DNA of 64,000 nucleotides from Takakia lepidozioides (taxonomy: Eukaryota; Plantae; Bryophyta): contig CM060731.1 of NCBI GenBank assembly GCA_030704615.1, forward strand, positions 92,814,001 through 92,878,000, given 5' to 3'. Below the pieces are notes generated by a model. That model searched no databases. It was given only the letters and a program-made list of their open reading frames with translations, and had not been told where the DNA came from. Position numbers and translations under genes: made by a program. Of this stretch, positions 35,862 to 49,244 are shown in pieces (positions within the stretch are counted from its first letter, which is position 1; each line of letters opens with the position of its first letter).

Positions 35862-38800
35862 ATGGCGGAAAACCAAGCCTACAGTGTACTGCCCTCCTCA
35901 CGAGCATAGAGCTTCATTTCCGTGCAGAGGGGACACCCTGCCGTGATTGGAGAAATATCTGTGCGTTCGATACCACCTGAACCGGGGTCGGTTTTTTTTG
36001 GAGGAGGAAAGGAAGGACTCAAACGGCCTTGTTGTCGAGAGTATTGTTGTGCTCCACGATGATTTCGGCGATGGCAGGGAATGGCGAGTTCCACCATCGG
36101 ACAGCGTCATATACAGGGCTGTTGGGGGACTTCATTTGCCCGCCAAATGCACCGTCTATCCTGGCGCCTTCCACGAAACAATCCGCGAATCAGAGAGTGG
36201 GTACCTCAAATAGAGAAGTCCGCCAACGAAAGTAATCCAGAGCCGAACCCATCCATGAAGACGACCGAGAACCGGGTTGTTCACAACCTGTCCGACTCAG
36301 ACGAGGTCATGGAAGTTCCGAGGTCGTCCTGGAGATCAGGCAAGTCCTCAATGGACGTCAGTGGAGGAGGGAGTCATATTCCCAGCACGAGCACCGCAGT
36401 TCGATCTATTCTAGAAATTCTGCGGGGCTTCACCTGGAGGACACCGTCGGAGCTGGCCGGGCTGGACTACAGCAAGTTCGCAATTAAATCGGTTACATGC
36501 CTTCCCGCCGACGTCGACGGTAATATCTTCTTTGAGTTCCCTCCTCGGTCGGACTACTCGAGGCGTCCGGAATGTTGACAGATATGGATAGAAAACATGA
36601 CGGTCATCCTTGGTGCGTTACCAAAACCACCAGCATGAAGATGCTTGATGGTGTGCGGGTGCGCTACGTTGTTTGTGCGGCGCGTTGCGGTGTTTTCTCC
36701 CCAACTTGCTTCCACTTTAAATCCAGAGGTCACAGGAACGAGACCGATTGGACAGGCACAGCTCACCAACATTTCGAGCTCAGGAGAAGGTTCCGAACTC
36801 CACATTTAAGTGTGCGCATTGCAAAAACCACCACACTGCATGTCTGTTTGTAATGCCAAGCAGTTCTATGTGTTGCACCGTTTCCCTGACCTCACCCGAG
36901 CTTGCATACACGTTGGTTCCCATTGTCACAAATTGGCGAGGGGGAACTCGCGGGAGGCTGCCCACGAAGCAGAGCAGCTCGTTCAGGAGGAGGTTAAGTT
37001 GAGACCGGGCCAAACCCAAACAGATACAGCTCCAAGCCCCCATAAGATGGCATTGGCCAGAATTATGTCGGAAGACGGCTCCGATAGAGTTCCTCTCGAT
37101 GAGAAGGAAATGGAGGCTTTGCTGGAGTCGGTGTCCCACGTATGTTCACCGAATGTCCGAAACCACATTGTCTCATGCAAACAGAAAATTGGGTGTGGCT
37201 CGGATATGCACTCCATTCTGGAGGTGAAGCGACGATGTGGATATGACTACATTCATGGAAGTAGGTTTCCAGGACAAGGGACTGAGGCAGATCGTTGTTT
37301 CGTATTCAAAATGTCCACGTGTGGACCTGGCAGTGGCGTCGAACTGGTCGACAGGATGACGAGTGGGAACTTGTCAAACAGTTGGGTCATGTTCGACCAT
37401 ATCAAGCGAATTACAAATCACCAGTGGGTGACAATGGGTGCACATGTCTACGACACCCACTGCAGGATGCTAATGACAATTGCTATTTGTGAGATGAAAG
37501 GAGAGGACACACAATCGGAGATGCTTCTTTGGCAGGGAATAAACGAACAGATGGCCAAGGCGGGATTGCCCCCTCCCAATTTCCGTGGTTTCATGGCGGA
37601 CAACGCACAAGCAAATTGGGCTGCCATCCGAAGGGTACGGGCAAGACCCCAATGTTCCCATGGAAGGCAAGGAGAGATCTTGTGGGTTCCATTTTCTGCA
37701 GAGCCTTTCGCAGTACACAACCAGGCTCGTGGCGCCAGATTTCAGAGAGGAGCACCGTTCCATGTGCCTTGCGTGGAAGCGCGCTCCCACCTTGGATGAT
37801 GCAGAGACACAGTTTGCATGCATACGGGCTTGGTGGACATCGTCAGGTGCTGTAAGGAAATCAGACGAAGGAGCAATGGTCAGTTGGCTAGCATGGTGGC
37901 ATTATCGTTTCCTCCAGTTCGGCGACTATATGCGGGAGGTGAGTTGCACGAATTCGCGTCCCGTTGGATATTATTCTTGGCCATATTTGTAACTTGCTTG
38001 TAACCTGAACATGTGCTTGTGCAGGAAATGTGTCTCGACTCCGACACCGACATGCCCACGACAAACATGGCCGAATCAGTGCACTCTTCCTGGCGTGCCT
38101 CCTCTGCGGCGCATCTGGTGGACATCCTCACTGCACAACGGAGGACATTGTGAGGTCAATTATGCAGCAATGCAGGTACAACGAGTTCTTGAAAGGGAAA
38201 CAGTGGGGCTTGGGGCCGGACAGGCAGGAAATGCTGATGCGGACTGCCTCCAGATCGAAGAAATCCTTGGAAGTGGGCGGCGGCCTTGCGAGAGGGCCTT
38301 CGGGACACGCCATTGCTGCGAAGAGGCCAACATTTGGAAGGAGATGTTCATACCCGTCCAGTGAGACGAAGACTTGACGAGGCACCTGGCGGAGAAGAGG
38401 ATTCATGGCGAGCTGACAAGAATATTCGCACGCTCCCTCGTGGTCCGGTGATGTTGTCCGAGGAGGTCTCGTCGAGCACCGGAAGTCCTGCACGTTCAAG
38501 ATCGCCATCTCCTTTGAGCACAGGGCGCGTGCCCCGGCAACATAACGAGCCATCTGTAGTAAAGCAATACAACATTCCCATTGTGGAGACAAGAGTGTCG
38601 GAGTCACAGTGGAGAATTGCGAGGACATTGCCGGCATTTCGAGGGAAGTGTTGCGCCATCCGGGTGGATACGAGAGCACGCTGTGGTGAGATGATTCGGA
38701 GGAACCCACACGGTGCTGTACCTGCACCTTGTTTCAGCGGCAGATTTTTGACTCCCACATTTGCTCACGCCACAACGCAGACATTTTGGTTCTGTAGGCA

Positions 38801-39442
38801 CGACATAATGACCTGTGTATTTGGCAAGCCCAAGTACGGGATTCAGGGAATGCCGGAGCCTCCGGGCGTCTGGCCTGTTGCACCGGGTTGCAGCCTCTCT
38901 CAGAATGAGGCGGATGCTCTATCTGCAGCAGGATTTCGAATGGTGCAACGCACAGACATCCCGGCCCACGCATTTCCGGTTCCTCAGACCCAGCCATTGC
39001 AGACTGCTCGGTCCAGTAGAGACGGATTGGACAATTCTGCACATCCCACAATGCGATTCGGAAGAGTGAAGAGACGACACCCTCCCAACAAGTTGAATGA
39101 GACTCGGATTGCCAATGCTCTTGGGATGGCTTGCACTATTCAGAGCTCCGTGGACGTACCCCCACCCGGCCTTGGCGTGTGTATCGGATGGCAACGGCCG
39201 GCTCGGCTGTACGCGACGATGTATACACAATTACGATTGGAGTGGAGCCGACTTGCAACTGTACGGACTTCTCGTTGATGGAAGCAAAGAAGGGTTCGAA
39301 GTATTATCCGTGCAAGCATCTGTATTACATTTACCTGAAGAGGTTGAGGATGAACGTGACTATTGATGACTTTATTCATGCACCGGCGTTGAGCGTGAAC
39401 GAGCTGCACAAACTCCTTCTTAGGGATTCCAGAAATCATTGA
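35862..39442 (+). pseudogene. Full-length GCM-like / DDE / SWIM transposase, copy 2, with many single-base frameshifts and one intron (37939-38024)
   Basis: GCM-like Cys/His pattern; MFDH, MADN, CGFHFLQSL and TTNMAESVH (D-D-CxxH-E of Mutator-type transposases); C-terminal SWIM CNCTDF...YPCKHLYY; intron GAG|GTGAGT...GTGCAG|GAA. Confidence 0.87.
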
Positions 39443-40070
39443 TGGGGCAAACGGAATCCTCCATATGGATATTTTCAAATGCATTTTGCTGTATCAGACT
39501 TTTTTTTTTGCAAGTGTAATGAAATGCACCCCAAAACTCCTGGAATGAGGCAATATTCCATTCAAACTGAGATCCAACAGAAGCAGTTGTGGGGCCATTT
39601 CTGGAAAAATGGCGCCGAATTTCTCTTTTTGGGGCCGAAAACTGCTAAGTCCCAACATGCACTGGTACCTGTGTTTGGGAAAATGGCGCCGAATTTCTCT
39701 TTTTGGGGCCGAAAACTGGCTAAGTCCCAACATGCACTGGTACCGTGTCTGGAAAAATGGCGCCAAATTTCTCTTTTTTGGGCCGAAAACTGGCTAAGTC
39801 CGAACATGCACTGGAAAAATGGCGCCGAATTACCTGTCATGAGGGGACCTATAGCCGTGGAATTCGGCACCATTTTTCGCCAGAGAGACCTATTGCCGCG
39901 AAATACGTCGCCGTTTTTTTCAGGTTACGGACCCTATTACCGCGAAATTCGGCGCCATATTTGCACATGTCGCTGGGAATTGGCATGAGCGGAAGACGAA
40001 ATTTCATGAGCACAACTGTCAAAAGTGCAATTTTCCCTTCAAGGGGCCGAATAATATATTTGCCCGTGTG

Positions 40071-42670
40071 GGCATTCCGTCTTGATGGACGGAAATGCGG
40101 CACCGCATTCCATTGTCCGATTCGATATTTTGATGACAGACATGGAAATTCGGTGCCGCATTTCCAGAACTTCCATCGTTGTTTGTCCAATTCCAGACCC
40201 TTCGACGGAAATTCAGGACCGCATTCCATTGTGCTCTCCGGAAATGTTGTGCCGCATTTCATTGTCCGGTACGAAATTTCGATGACGGACATGGAAATGC
40301 GGTGCCGCATTTCAAGTATGGACATGGACAAGCATTAGCGACTGGACATGCTTGGATAGTTCAAGGTCGAATATGGAAATGCGGCGCCGCATTTCAAATT
40401 CGAAGTATGGTAATGCCAGGTCAGGAAATGAAATGTTGTACAACATTTCCGTTACGACGACAACGGAGGAAAGGGAGCTGCCACCAAGGTGGAATGGGAT
40501 GCCGGACAGATCACGCACGGCCTCACTTTGGCGCTGGGAACTGCTGCCAGTGGACCAGGGAGGACGGCACCGGGGAAAACTATATTCGTGGAGTTCACTC
40601 CGCTTTTCCAGTGTATGGAGACATTCGGCTGAGTTGGGAAGACGAATCGCACGGGCACAGGAGGCCCACAGTGACCTTGTCAATGTATGATGGTGGTATG
40701 ATTGATGGGCATGTCATTGTCGTCAGCTCCACCAAGGGCACCAGATCGACCGCATTGCAGTTTACCTCGAGATGCCGCATCAGTAATGAGCTTGTTTTGA
40801 GGGCTATCGAAGTTCCGTCGACTTGGTGACACCCATGTAGAAGGAGGAAGGGCTTAGATTTGTCTGGAGTTGCTAAATGTGAGACACCGTGTTTGATCAA
40901 TAAAACAACCCATCGTACCTCACTTCTGTGTGCTTGTGTTTCATCGTGTTCAAGAACTGCCGTAATTGGCCCACTGTTTACAATTTGAGGTCTCATTTCT
41001 ACAATGTGTCTGTCCATATGAATATACCAGAGTCAGCGATATCACAGTCCTGAGGTGAAGAAAATCCATGTATGAGTTGTAGGAAACATGTACACGCCGA
41101 AGCTCGGAAATTCGGCACCGCATTCCATTTTCTCCATGAAGCGATTATGACTTGCGTGTATGGAAAGCCCAAGTACGACATACAAACAATGCCAGAGGCT
41201 CCCCTGGTGTGGCCGGTGGAACCAAGATGCGATCTGAGTCAGGTTGAGGCCGACGCCCTTACTGCCGCAGGATTTTGGATGGTGCTGCGCACTGACGTCC
41301 CCAGACAACCATTTCCGCTTCCACAGCCTCCACCACCAACCCCTGTGAGAGCAAGAACAATGGGACGCGACAACTCTAAGCATCCTACACATCGTCGGGG
41401 GAAACCGAAGAGGCGGCAACCCCCCTCAAAAGTGAACGAGATAGGGATGGGGAATGCACTTCGGATGAACTGTACAATCTAGAGCTCAATAGAAGTGCCC
41501 CCACCAGGCTTCGGGCATGTGTATCAAATGGCCACGGCAGGCTCAGCTGTCCGCAATGAGGTGTACACCATCACCATTTCAGAATTACCCACCTGCAATT
41601 GCACCGACTTCCAGATCATGGCGAACAAGGGGGCATCATACTGCCCTTGCAAGCATCTGTACTACGTGTACCTAAAGAGACTCCGGTGTAATTCCACAAC
41701 TCATCACTTCATACATGCACCAGGGTTGAGCCCCCAAGAGGTGTACACTCTTCTGAATGGATCCAGGGGACCAGTGAGCTTGGCTTGCGGGCCACAAGAC
41801 AATGTTACGCCCATCCTTTTCGGAGTTTCAGTTATAGTAGAACTGTACTGCTGCAAGTACCTCTGACTTTGGCCACAGAAAGGTTCGACTTATGTCTTAC
41901 CTACCAGTAACCTGTTTTGCTCGAACTAAGATAATACTATGTCATTGACTTCTGTTTCCACGTGCTTGTACTTTTGTTTGTTGGGGGGTTCCTGTTTTTC
42001 TGCTCTCCCAAACTTTGCTTTCCTCATTCGACCCCCGACAAGGAAATGCGGCGCCGCATTTCCAAGTAACGTCGTAGGTACTGGTAGTTGCGGCCTTCGT
42101 CATAGTAAGATAGTCGCACCGAGTCTTCAGGGAGGCGACCGTCGCCAACAGCGAACCCCTCAAAAATCTCGCACGTGCGAACCGTAATGTGGCACCGCAT
42201 TTCCCAGTTGAGTCGCAAACCTTTCCCGCCGATTGCAGGAAGAAGAAAGAATTTTGAAGCACTTCAGACTCTATTGGTGCATGGGGATCATACAATCGTG
42301 GCAGAAGGGTCAGCTTCATTCCAATGTTAAGGCATATAAAACCGCGGAATACTCTATACAGGCCAGTATGCGGCGTCCTTTTGCTGTGGTATATTGGATT
42401 TCTCGTTGCATGGTCAGTCATTTCCATGAGCGGATCTAAAAGACCATGAGCGGAATTGTTACTGACGACATATCTTCGCTGCATTACAGGATCTGGAACT
42501 TCCAAAAACGGCAAGGTCAAATAAAAAACTAATATATATATTTTAATCTGCCGCATTTCCAAATTTGGAGGAGTCCGCTCAAGAAAACGGCGTGTCTTAG
42601 ACTTCGGCTCACCGCTCATGCAGCTCATGGCTCATGGCTCATGGTTTCTGCTCATGAAATAGTAAACCTC
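40071..42670 (+). mobile_element. Family A Mutator-like 3' portion with right TIR
   Basis: GGAAATGCGG-type palindromes and a SWIM-coding remnant. It ends CTCATGAAATAGTAAACCTC (reverse complement GAGGTTTACTATTTCATGAGC) with CATGAG repeats and abuts Gypsy pol. Confidence 0.75.
41120..41866 (+). pseudogene. C-terminal SWIM region of a diverged (family A) transposase
   Basis: IMTCVYGKPKYDIQ...VWPVEP...EADALTAAGF and CNCTDFQ...CPCKHLYYVYLKRL are homologous to 38800-39440. There is an in-frame stop at about 41480. Confidence 0.82.
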
Positions 42671-43020
42671 CTAAGGTATTGAGCAATGTGCTCATACCAT
42701 GGAGGAACTGTCTCAATTCAGAATAAAAATGCATCCGGGAAATCATCGTCAATAGGCTCGTCTCGTGTCTTCTCTGACAACCGAGAGAGATGGTCGGCCG
42801 GTGCATTGAGCCTACCTGGTTTGTAGACTACTTTGTAGTCAAACTCTTGGAGGAGAATAACCCACTTGGCTATTCTTCCAGTCAAGTCCGGCTTGTTGAT
42901 CAAGTATCGTAGTGCCATATGATCAACAAAAAAAGTAAATGGCGTCTCAAGTAAATAATGCCGATATTTCTTCACGGCAAAAATCATTCCTAGCGCCTCC
43001 CGCTCCGTGGTGCTATCCAC
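42671..43020 (-). pseudogene. pol: Gypsy RNase H / connector fragment
   Basis: TTEREALGMIFAVKKYRHYLL...GRIAKWVILLQEFDYKVVYKPG...ADHLSRL. Confidence 0.88.
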
Positions 43021-43260
43021 AATGTTTGTCGTGTATCACTCGAATTGCAGAACACTTGCCTCAAAACGCTGGCAGTGCGCGAGCAATTCTCCACTGCGAT
43101 GTAGACAAAGTCGTCTCCACAATGGGTTGCCCATACTGCATAACAGCAGGCGGAATCTGGGCAGGGAATTTCACGTACAGAATCCCCGTTTGAAGGCGAT
43201 GGCGATCTTGAAACTCTTGGGCTTCCACTGCTGGAAGAGACATTATGCGGCAACATGACT
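43021..43260 (-). pseudogene. Short transposase fragment (pre-SWIM region)
   Basis: PIVETTLSTSQWRIARALPAF is homologous to PIVETRVSESQWRIARTLPAF at about 38575-38640. Confidence 0.7.
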
Positions 43261-43779
43261 GGACCTCGAGGTGTGGTCGCCGAGGGTATTCAAGATGGGG
43301 ACCTCCAGTTTGAATTGGACATACCTTTCGTGATATGAGATAAAGTCTACATGTAGATGCATAAAGATTGGACCTCCAGTTCTTTTTTGGGGATTGCGGG
43401 TATTCATGGGGATTCCAGCGCACCAATGCCAGGTCCGATATCTTCTCCTTAAGGTGCAAACAGCCATATTCCCGCTGCAGACATGAATGTTCATACTGAC
43501 AAATGTCATTCAAGCTAGTCAATTCATACACAAAACCAAGTTGTGTTAATAAAGTGGAGCCCATGCCGACGACACAGTTGAAGAGAAAAAGGAAAGGTTG
43601 TTGTTATGTCCAGGGCACGGGTGGATGGCAGTTGCACTTTCGTGTCGACTGCCGTTCACTTGCCGTTTATTACTCCTGCACGGAAATGAGGTACTTCTGG
43701 GTGTACTTCTGGATGGATATGGGGTGCCGCAGACTAACACCGAATTGGATCCACCGAGGAGTGAGCACGGGTGGATGTT

Positions 43780-46700
43780 AAGGGGACGGAACTCCGACGA
43801 TGCATTTTTGTCCAGGCTGCCATCAACAATACAGTGGGACAGAAATGCGGCACCGCACATCCGTTCCGACAGCCATACACCCTTGCCTTCAAGACCGAGG
43901 GGACGGAAATGCGGTGCCACATTTCCGTCCGGACTGCCATTAGACCTTGCCTTCATGACAGTGGGGACGGATATGCGGTGCCGCATTTCAGTCCCCACTA
44001 CCAGTTACCCTTGCCTCCATAATAGTAGGACGGAAATGTGGCACCACATTTCCGTCCCACCTACTATACACCCTTGCCTTCATGACAGTGGGGACGGAAA
44101 ATTGGTTTCGCATATCCGTCCAGACTGCCCTGAGACCCTTCCTTCATGACATTGGGGACGGAAATGCGGTGCCGCATTTCCGTCCGGACTGCCATTGGAC
44201 CTTGCCTTCATGACAGTGGGGACGGACGGAAATGCGGTGCCGCATTTCCGTCCGGACTGCCATTGGACCTTTCCATCATTACAGTGGGGACGGACGGAAA
44301 TGCGGCATTTCCGTCCGGACTGCCATTGGACCTTGCCTTCACTACAGTGGCGACGGAAATGCGGTGCTGCATTTCCGTCCGGACTGCCATTGGACCTAAC
44401 CTTCATGACAGTGGGGACGGAAATGTGGTGCCGCATTTCCGTCCCGACTGCCAAAAGACCTTGCATTCATAACAGTGGGGACGCAAATGCGGTGCCGCAT
44501 TTTGGCCGTCCCCACTACCAGTTACGCTTGCCTCCATAATAGTGGGACGGAAATGCGGTGCCGCATTTCAGTTGTCACTACCAGTTACCCTTGCCTCCAT
44601 GACAGTGGGACGGCCCACCTGCCATACACCCATTGCCTTCTCGAAATGCGGCGCCGCATTTCTATCCAACGACGATGACTATAGAAAAAAAAAAATAGGG
44701 TTCTGGTTTTTTTTTCCACCACCCCCTGTGGTCGGAAATGCGGCAGCGCATTTTCATCCAACGGGTAGAGCTAGAAAAAACAAGGAAAAAAACCTTTTTG
44801 GATTTTTTTTTCTCTACCCCCTATAGGCCGAAATGCGGCGCCGCATTTCAATCCAGCGGCGAAGAGAAGAGGAAAAAAAACGGTTAGGGTTTTTTTTTCC
44901 CCCACCTTCTACCCCATGTTGTTGGAAATGCGGCGCCGTATTGCCATCCAGCGGGGATGACTAAAAGAAAAAGGGGGGGGGGGGGGGGGGGGGAGGGGAA
45001 AATAAAATAAAATAGTCCCCACCCCTGGCGGCGCCGCATTGAAATCCAGTGGCGATGACAAGAGGAAGAAAAAACGGTTAGGGTTATTTTTTTTCCCCCC
45101 CTTTCTCCCCCCTGTTGTTGGAAATGCGGCGTCGCATTTCCATCCAGCGGGGATGACTAAAGGGTTTTATTTATTTAACTTTTATTTAACTTTTTTAATT
45201 GATTTTTGTCCCCACCCCCATTGGCGGAAATGCGGCGCCGCATTTCAATACAGCGGCTATGACAAGAGGAAAAAAAACGGTTAGGGTTATTTGTTTTTCC
45301 CCCTTCTACCCCCTATTGTTGGAAATGCGGCGCCGCATTTCCATCTAGCGGGGATGACTAGAGGGGGCGGGGGAGGGGGAAAAAACAAACAAATAAAAAA
45401 CATTATTTTTCTTGTCCCCACCCCTATGGACGGAAATGCGGCGCCGCATTTCAATTCAACGGCGATGACAAGAAAAAATAAAGTTAGGGTTGCTTTCCCC
45501 CCCCCTCTACCCTCTGTTGTTGGAAATGCGGTGCCGCATTTCCATCTAGCGGGGATGACAAGAGAAAAAAAAAGAAAAAAAACAGAAACTGAGAATTTTT
45601 ATTTCTTGTTTTCACCTGCTTTGGATGGAATTGCGGCACCGCATTTCAATCCAGCGGCGATGACTAGAGGAAAAACAATCAGGGGTTATTCCCCCCCCCC
45701 ATTGGTTGAAAATGTGGCGCTGCAATTCCCATCCAGCGGGGATGACTAAAGGGGGAAAAAAAAAAAAAAAAAAAAAAAACCGTCAAACGACTTTCAAAGA
45801 GCACGGGTGGATGGCAGTCGAGACGGAAATGCGGCACCGCATTTCCGTCCCGACTCACATCCCCCCTTGCACGATGATAATCATTTGGGGAAAAGAGGTG
45901 GGCGGGATGAACCTGGCAACGGAAATGCGGTGCCGCATTTTTGTCCGGACTGACACCTACTGATCACTTTATGCCTGGTGGGACGGAAATGCGGCACTGC
46001 AATTCCATCCGGGTTACCACTGGACCATGCCTTCCTACCATTGTGGATGGAAATGCGGTGCCGCATTTCTGTCGTAACTGACACCTAAGCATCCTTGATA
46101 CATGATGGGATGATAATCCGGTGCCGCATTTCCGTCCGGGGTCCCACTGGACCATGCCTTTCTACCATTGTGGATGGAAATGCGGTACTGCATTTCCGTC
46201 CTAACTGACACCTAAGTATCATTGATACATGGTGGGATGATAATCCGGTGCCGCATTTCCGTCCGGGCTCCGATTCCACCATGCATTTTTTAACAGTCTG
46301 GACAGAAATGCGGTGCCGCATTCCCGTCCGAACTGACACCTATGCATCCCTTAATACCTGGTGGGACGGAAATGCGGTGCTGCATTTTCGTTTGGGCTCC
46401 ATCTGTACGATCTTTGAACAGGTGGTCGGATGGAAATGCGGTGCCGCATTCCCGTCCAGACATTGCTTTCCCGAGAGTCTGGACGGAAACGCGCCACCGT
46501 ATTTCCGTCCGGACTGATAGTGGACCATCCCTTAATTTCTGGTGGGATGGAAATGTAGTGCCCCGTTTCCGTCCAGAAGACCACTTCAGTTTGCGTACTT
46601 GGCAGTAATGCGGCGCCGCATTTCTGTCTGGACTGTCATTGTATCTTTTCTTAATGACAGCTTTGACGGAATTGCGGTGCCGCATTCCAGGCCCGCTACC

Positions 46701-46930
46701 ACTTACTCTGGCAGATAGGACAGCAAAACGGAAGTGCGACACCGCATTCCCGTCGAACTTGCCAAACAACCCTTTCTTCATGATAGGATGGCCGCAAATC
46801 CAGCCATCCAGCCTTACCTTCCTGAGAATGGGGACGGAAATGCGGTGCCGTATTTTCGTCCCAGCTTCCCTCCACGCTTGCCTTCAGTAAAGAGGGTTCA
46901 CGAAGGGGACGGAAATGCGGTACCGCATTT
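43780..46930. repeat. Large family A palindrome field (GGAAATGCGG(C/T)GCCGCATTTCC) in three differently spaced sub-arrays
   Basis: About 65-70-bp units at 43900-44600, A/T-tract-containing units at 44640-45750, and about 60-130-bp units at 45820-46930. Confidence 0.9.
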
Positions 46931-47274
46931 ACCACTGACTGCCATCCACCCTGGCATCTTTATCCTCTTTCGTGATGCGGTAGGGAGGTATCCTGATCGA
47001 ACGGCCACTAATGCGGCATCGCATTCGGTCTGTTGACTCATAGAGGCTGAAATGACAGTTGAAGGGGTCATTGCCAACACATATTCGGAGGCGGCAATGC
47101 CGGACCGTTGCATCATCACTGACTGTCCGACAGACACTAGATCGGCGACGCAGGGGCCACCTGCCTCACGAGGAGACACGTAGGCCCCGACCTTTCAAAT
47201 CCATACGGTGCATCTCCACCGTTTGATGTCATCTTTCGCTGGTGACTCTTTCACTGCTCTAACACCCCTTCCAA

Positions 47275-47803
47275 GGGGGCTGCTATTTCATGAGCGGCAT
47301 GAGCATGAGCGGAAAAAAAAAAAGCATGAGCGGACCATTATGTGTCCACGGAAATAGGGTTAGGAGGCACGGAAATAGGGTCATATGAAGTTGGAATTTG
47401 GCACCAGTGGACTCGTCATAGCAATGAAATGCAACATTTTATTGCAAATTTTGTGGCAAGCCACATCTATACAAGTGTGTCCTAACTGTCATAGCCGGAA
47501 TGGGCACTACTCTCCTACACCCTCCGAGGAACTTGCCCCACCTTCCTCCTCATCCCCCTCATCCCCCCCATCCTCTGAGCTATGAGATGCATCAGTTCCA
47601 CTATGCCTCTCAAAAATACCGTCCTCTCCTTGGGGGATTGTCCACCTCACCTCCTGGGAATATTCTACCTCTTCTCCCCCACTTTCTTCAGCAGAATCCA
47701 AGACAAATCTACGAGCCTGACAGGCTCTAATAGCTGTTGCCTCCTCCCTCTTCTTCATTTTCTTGAGGTTTTCCCCGTCTAAAATCTGTTGTACACGACT
47801 AGG
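47275..47803. mobile_element. Left end fragment of another family B element (TIR plus last exon of the ParB-MTase gene on the minus strand)
   Basis: GGGGGCTGCTATTTCATGAGCGGCATGAGC, colinear with 17502-18008. Confidence 0.88.
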
Positions 47804-48469
47804 CAATTAATTACACTTCTGGCCTGCCACCAAGTACACTTCTTGGGCATGGTAAGCCATATTGCCGCTTCACATTTGGCCAAATGTAAGCACCCCAAAG
47901 CATGCATCGTGCAAGGCCTTCTGGGTATGTAAGAACAGTCTGTCATTGTATATATTCAGGACCTGTGCACATAGGACTCTTGCTGGCCCAGCCTGCAGTA
48001 AATCAGACTTCAAACATGCAACCAAGTGATCACTTTGGGCATGACAAGATTGACTGCGACTTCATTCTACATCATGTACACTTGCCCCAAGATATACATC
48101 ATGTAAGGCGTTTTGGCATGGAAGAAAGGCCTGCCCTGTCACAACATCCAGATCTGGACACACATACACTTTGAGTGCCCAACCAAGCCCACTTGGCCAA
48201 GATAAATCATACAAATGCAGGTGGCTGTTCATATGGCAAAATAAAGTAAATAATCATTGGCCAGAGTCCTTTAGAGCTTACCGTCACTGTTTCACAGGAG
48301 GCTAATGCCATGTTTTGCAAATAGAACCTCACTATGCTCCATTCCACAACAAATCCAAGTCTGAAAACGGCCTGTCACTGCCTTATCAGGCTATCTTTTT
48401 TAACAAAACTCAGGTCTCCTCATCCTTAGAGCCAAACAGCCACTTATGACTTGTCCCTTACACCATCAA

Positions 48470-49189
48470 TGTCGCGACCCTTTGCCTTGAGGGCAGGGGG
48501 GTCGGGACACACAAGAGGGCTGCCCCTGTGGGGGCAGTAGCAGCGATAGGTACGGGGGCTGAAGCACCCTTGAGTGCCCAAGGCACTCAAGGAGGCGGAG
48601 GCGCTCACTAGGTGGAGCCCCGCACACCGGGTTGCGGTGGGGTGGCTCCACAAGGGGTGGTGGTAGCTTAGCGGGACTTAGTGGGGGTGGCATAGGACTC
48701 ACCATGGGGTGGAGACCTCGAGGTGGGAGTCGTGGGGAGTCTTGGGACTCATCACGGTCCATTGGGGCCGCGGTGAGTGGGCCAAGACTCACCGCGACTC
48801 ACCACCGGGAATCAAGGGTCTTCGTGGTGGTTCGCCATAAAATGGCATGGCTGGTTGTGAAACCCCCGCGGACAGCTACAGAAGTATATAGGGAGTAGTA
48901 ACCCCGAGAACGGTGCAAGCCCGTTGGTGACCAAAAACTAGTGAGTAAGCGAGCGAGCCGGAAAGCGACCAAAGAGTGGGGAGTTGTTCCGGACTGCCAA
49001 CTACCAAAGGGAATTCCCGCTGGTTCCAAAGCGGTGGAGGGTTCTTTGGGAGAACAAAGGGGACCGTTATGCCCCGGTGAGCAGCCGAAGCTCCAAGTTG
49101 GCCCGGCGGCCAGGTTGGGAGTCAGGCGCGCGCATCAAAGCGAGTAACTATGACTTGAGGGGGAGCTTACCGAAGGGAGGTGCGCGACA
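48470..49189 (+). repeat. 5' LTR of a chromovirus-type Gypsy element
   Basis: TGTCGCG...CGCGACA terminal inverted repeat, followed by an iMet PBS. Confidence 0.85.
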
Positions 49190-49191
49190 CT

Positions 49192-49203
49192 TGGTATCAG
49201 AGC
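49192..49203 (+). promoter_or_regulatory. Primer-binding site, initiator tRNA-Met
   Basis: TGGTATCAGAGC lies 2 nt after the LTR. Confidence 0.92.
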
Positions 49204-49244
49204 TTAGAGTTCAGTACGCGATCGTCCTTGGGATTGGCCTCATA

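Larger units (their letters stand above)
30370..40070. mobile_element. Second, end-truncated copy of the family B Mutator-like element
   Basis: Colinear with 20300-29100: intron array (95-bp unit, 30370-30790), ParB exons, palindrome-rich intergenic region, transposase and subterminal cluster. Both TIRs and the MTase exons are missing. Confidence 0.9.

Noticed and set aside
43546-47036. ORFs with TEMRCRISV / GNAVPHF / RKCGAAFP repeats (also 3923-5259 and 39745-40829)
   Set aside because: Same artefact from the family A palindrome.
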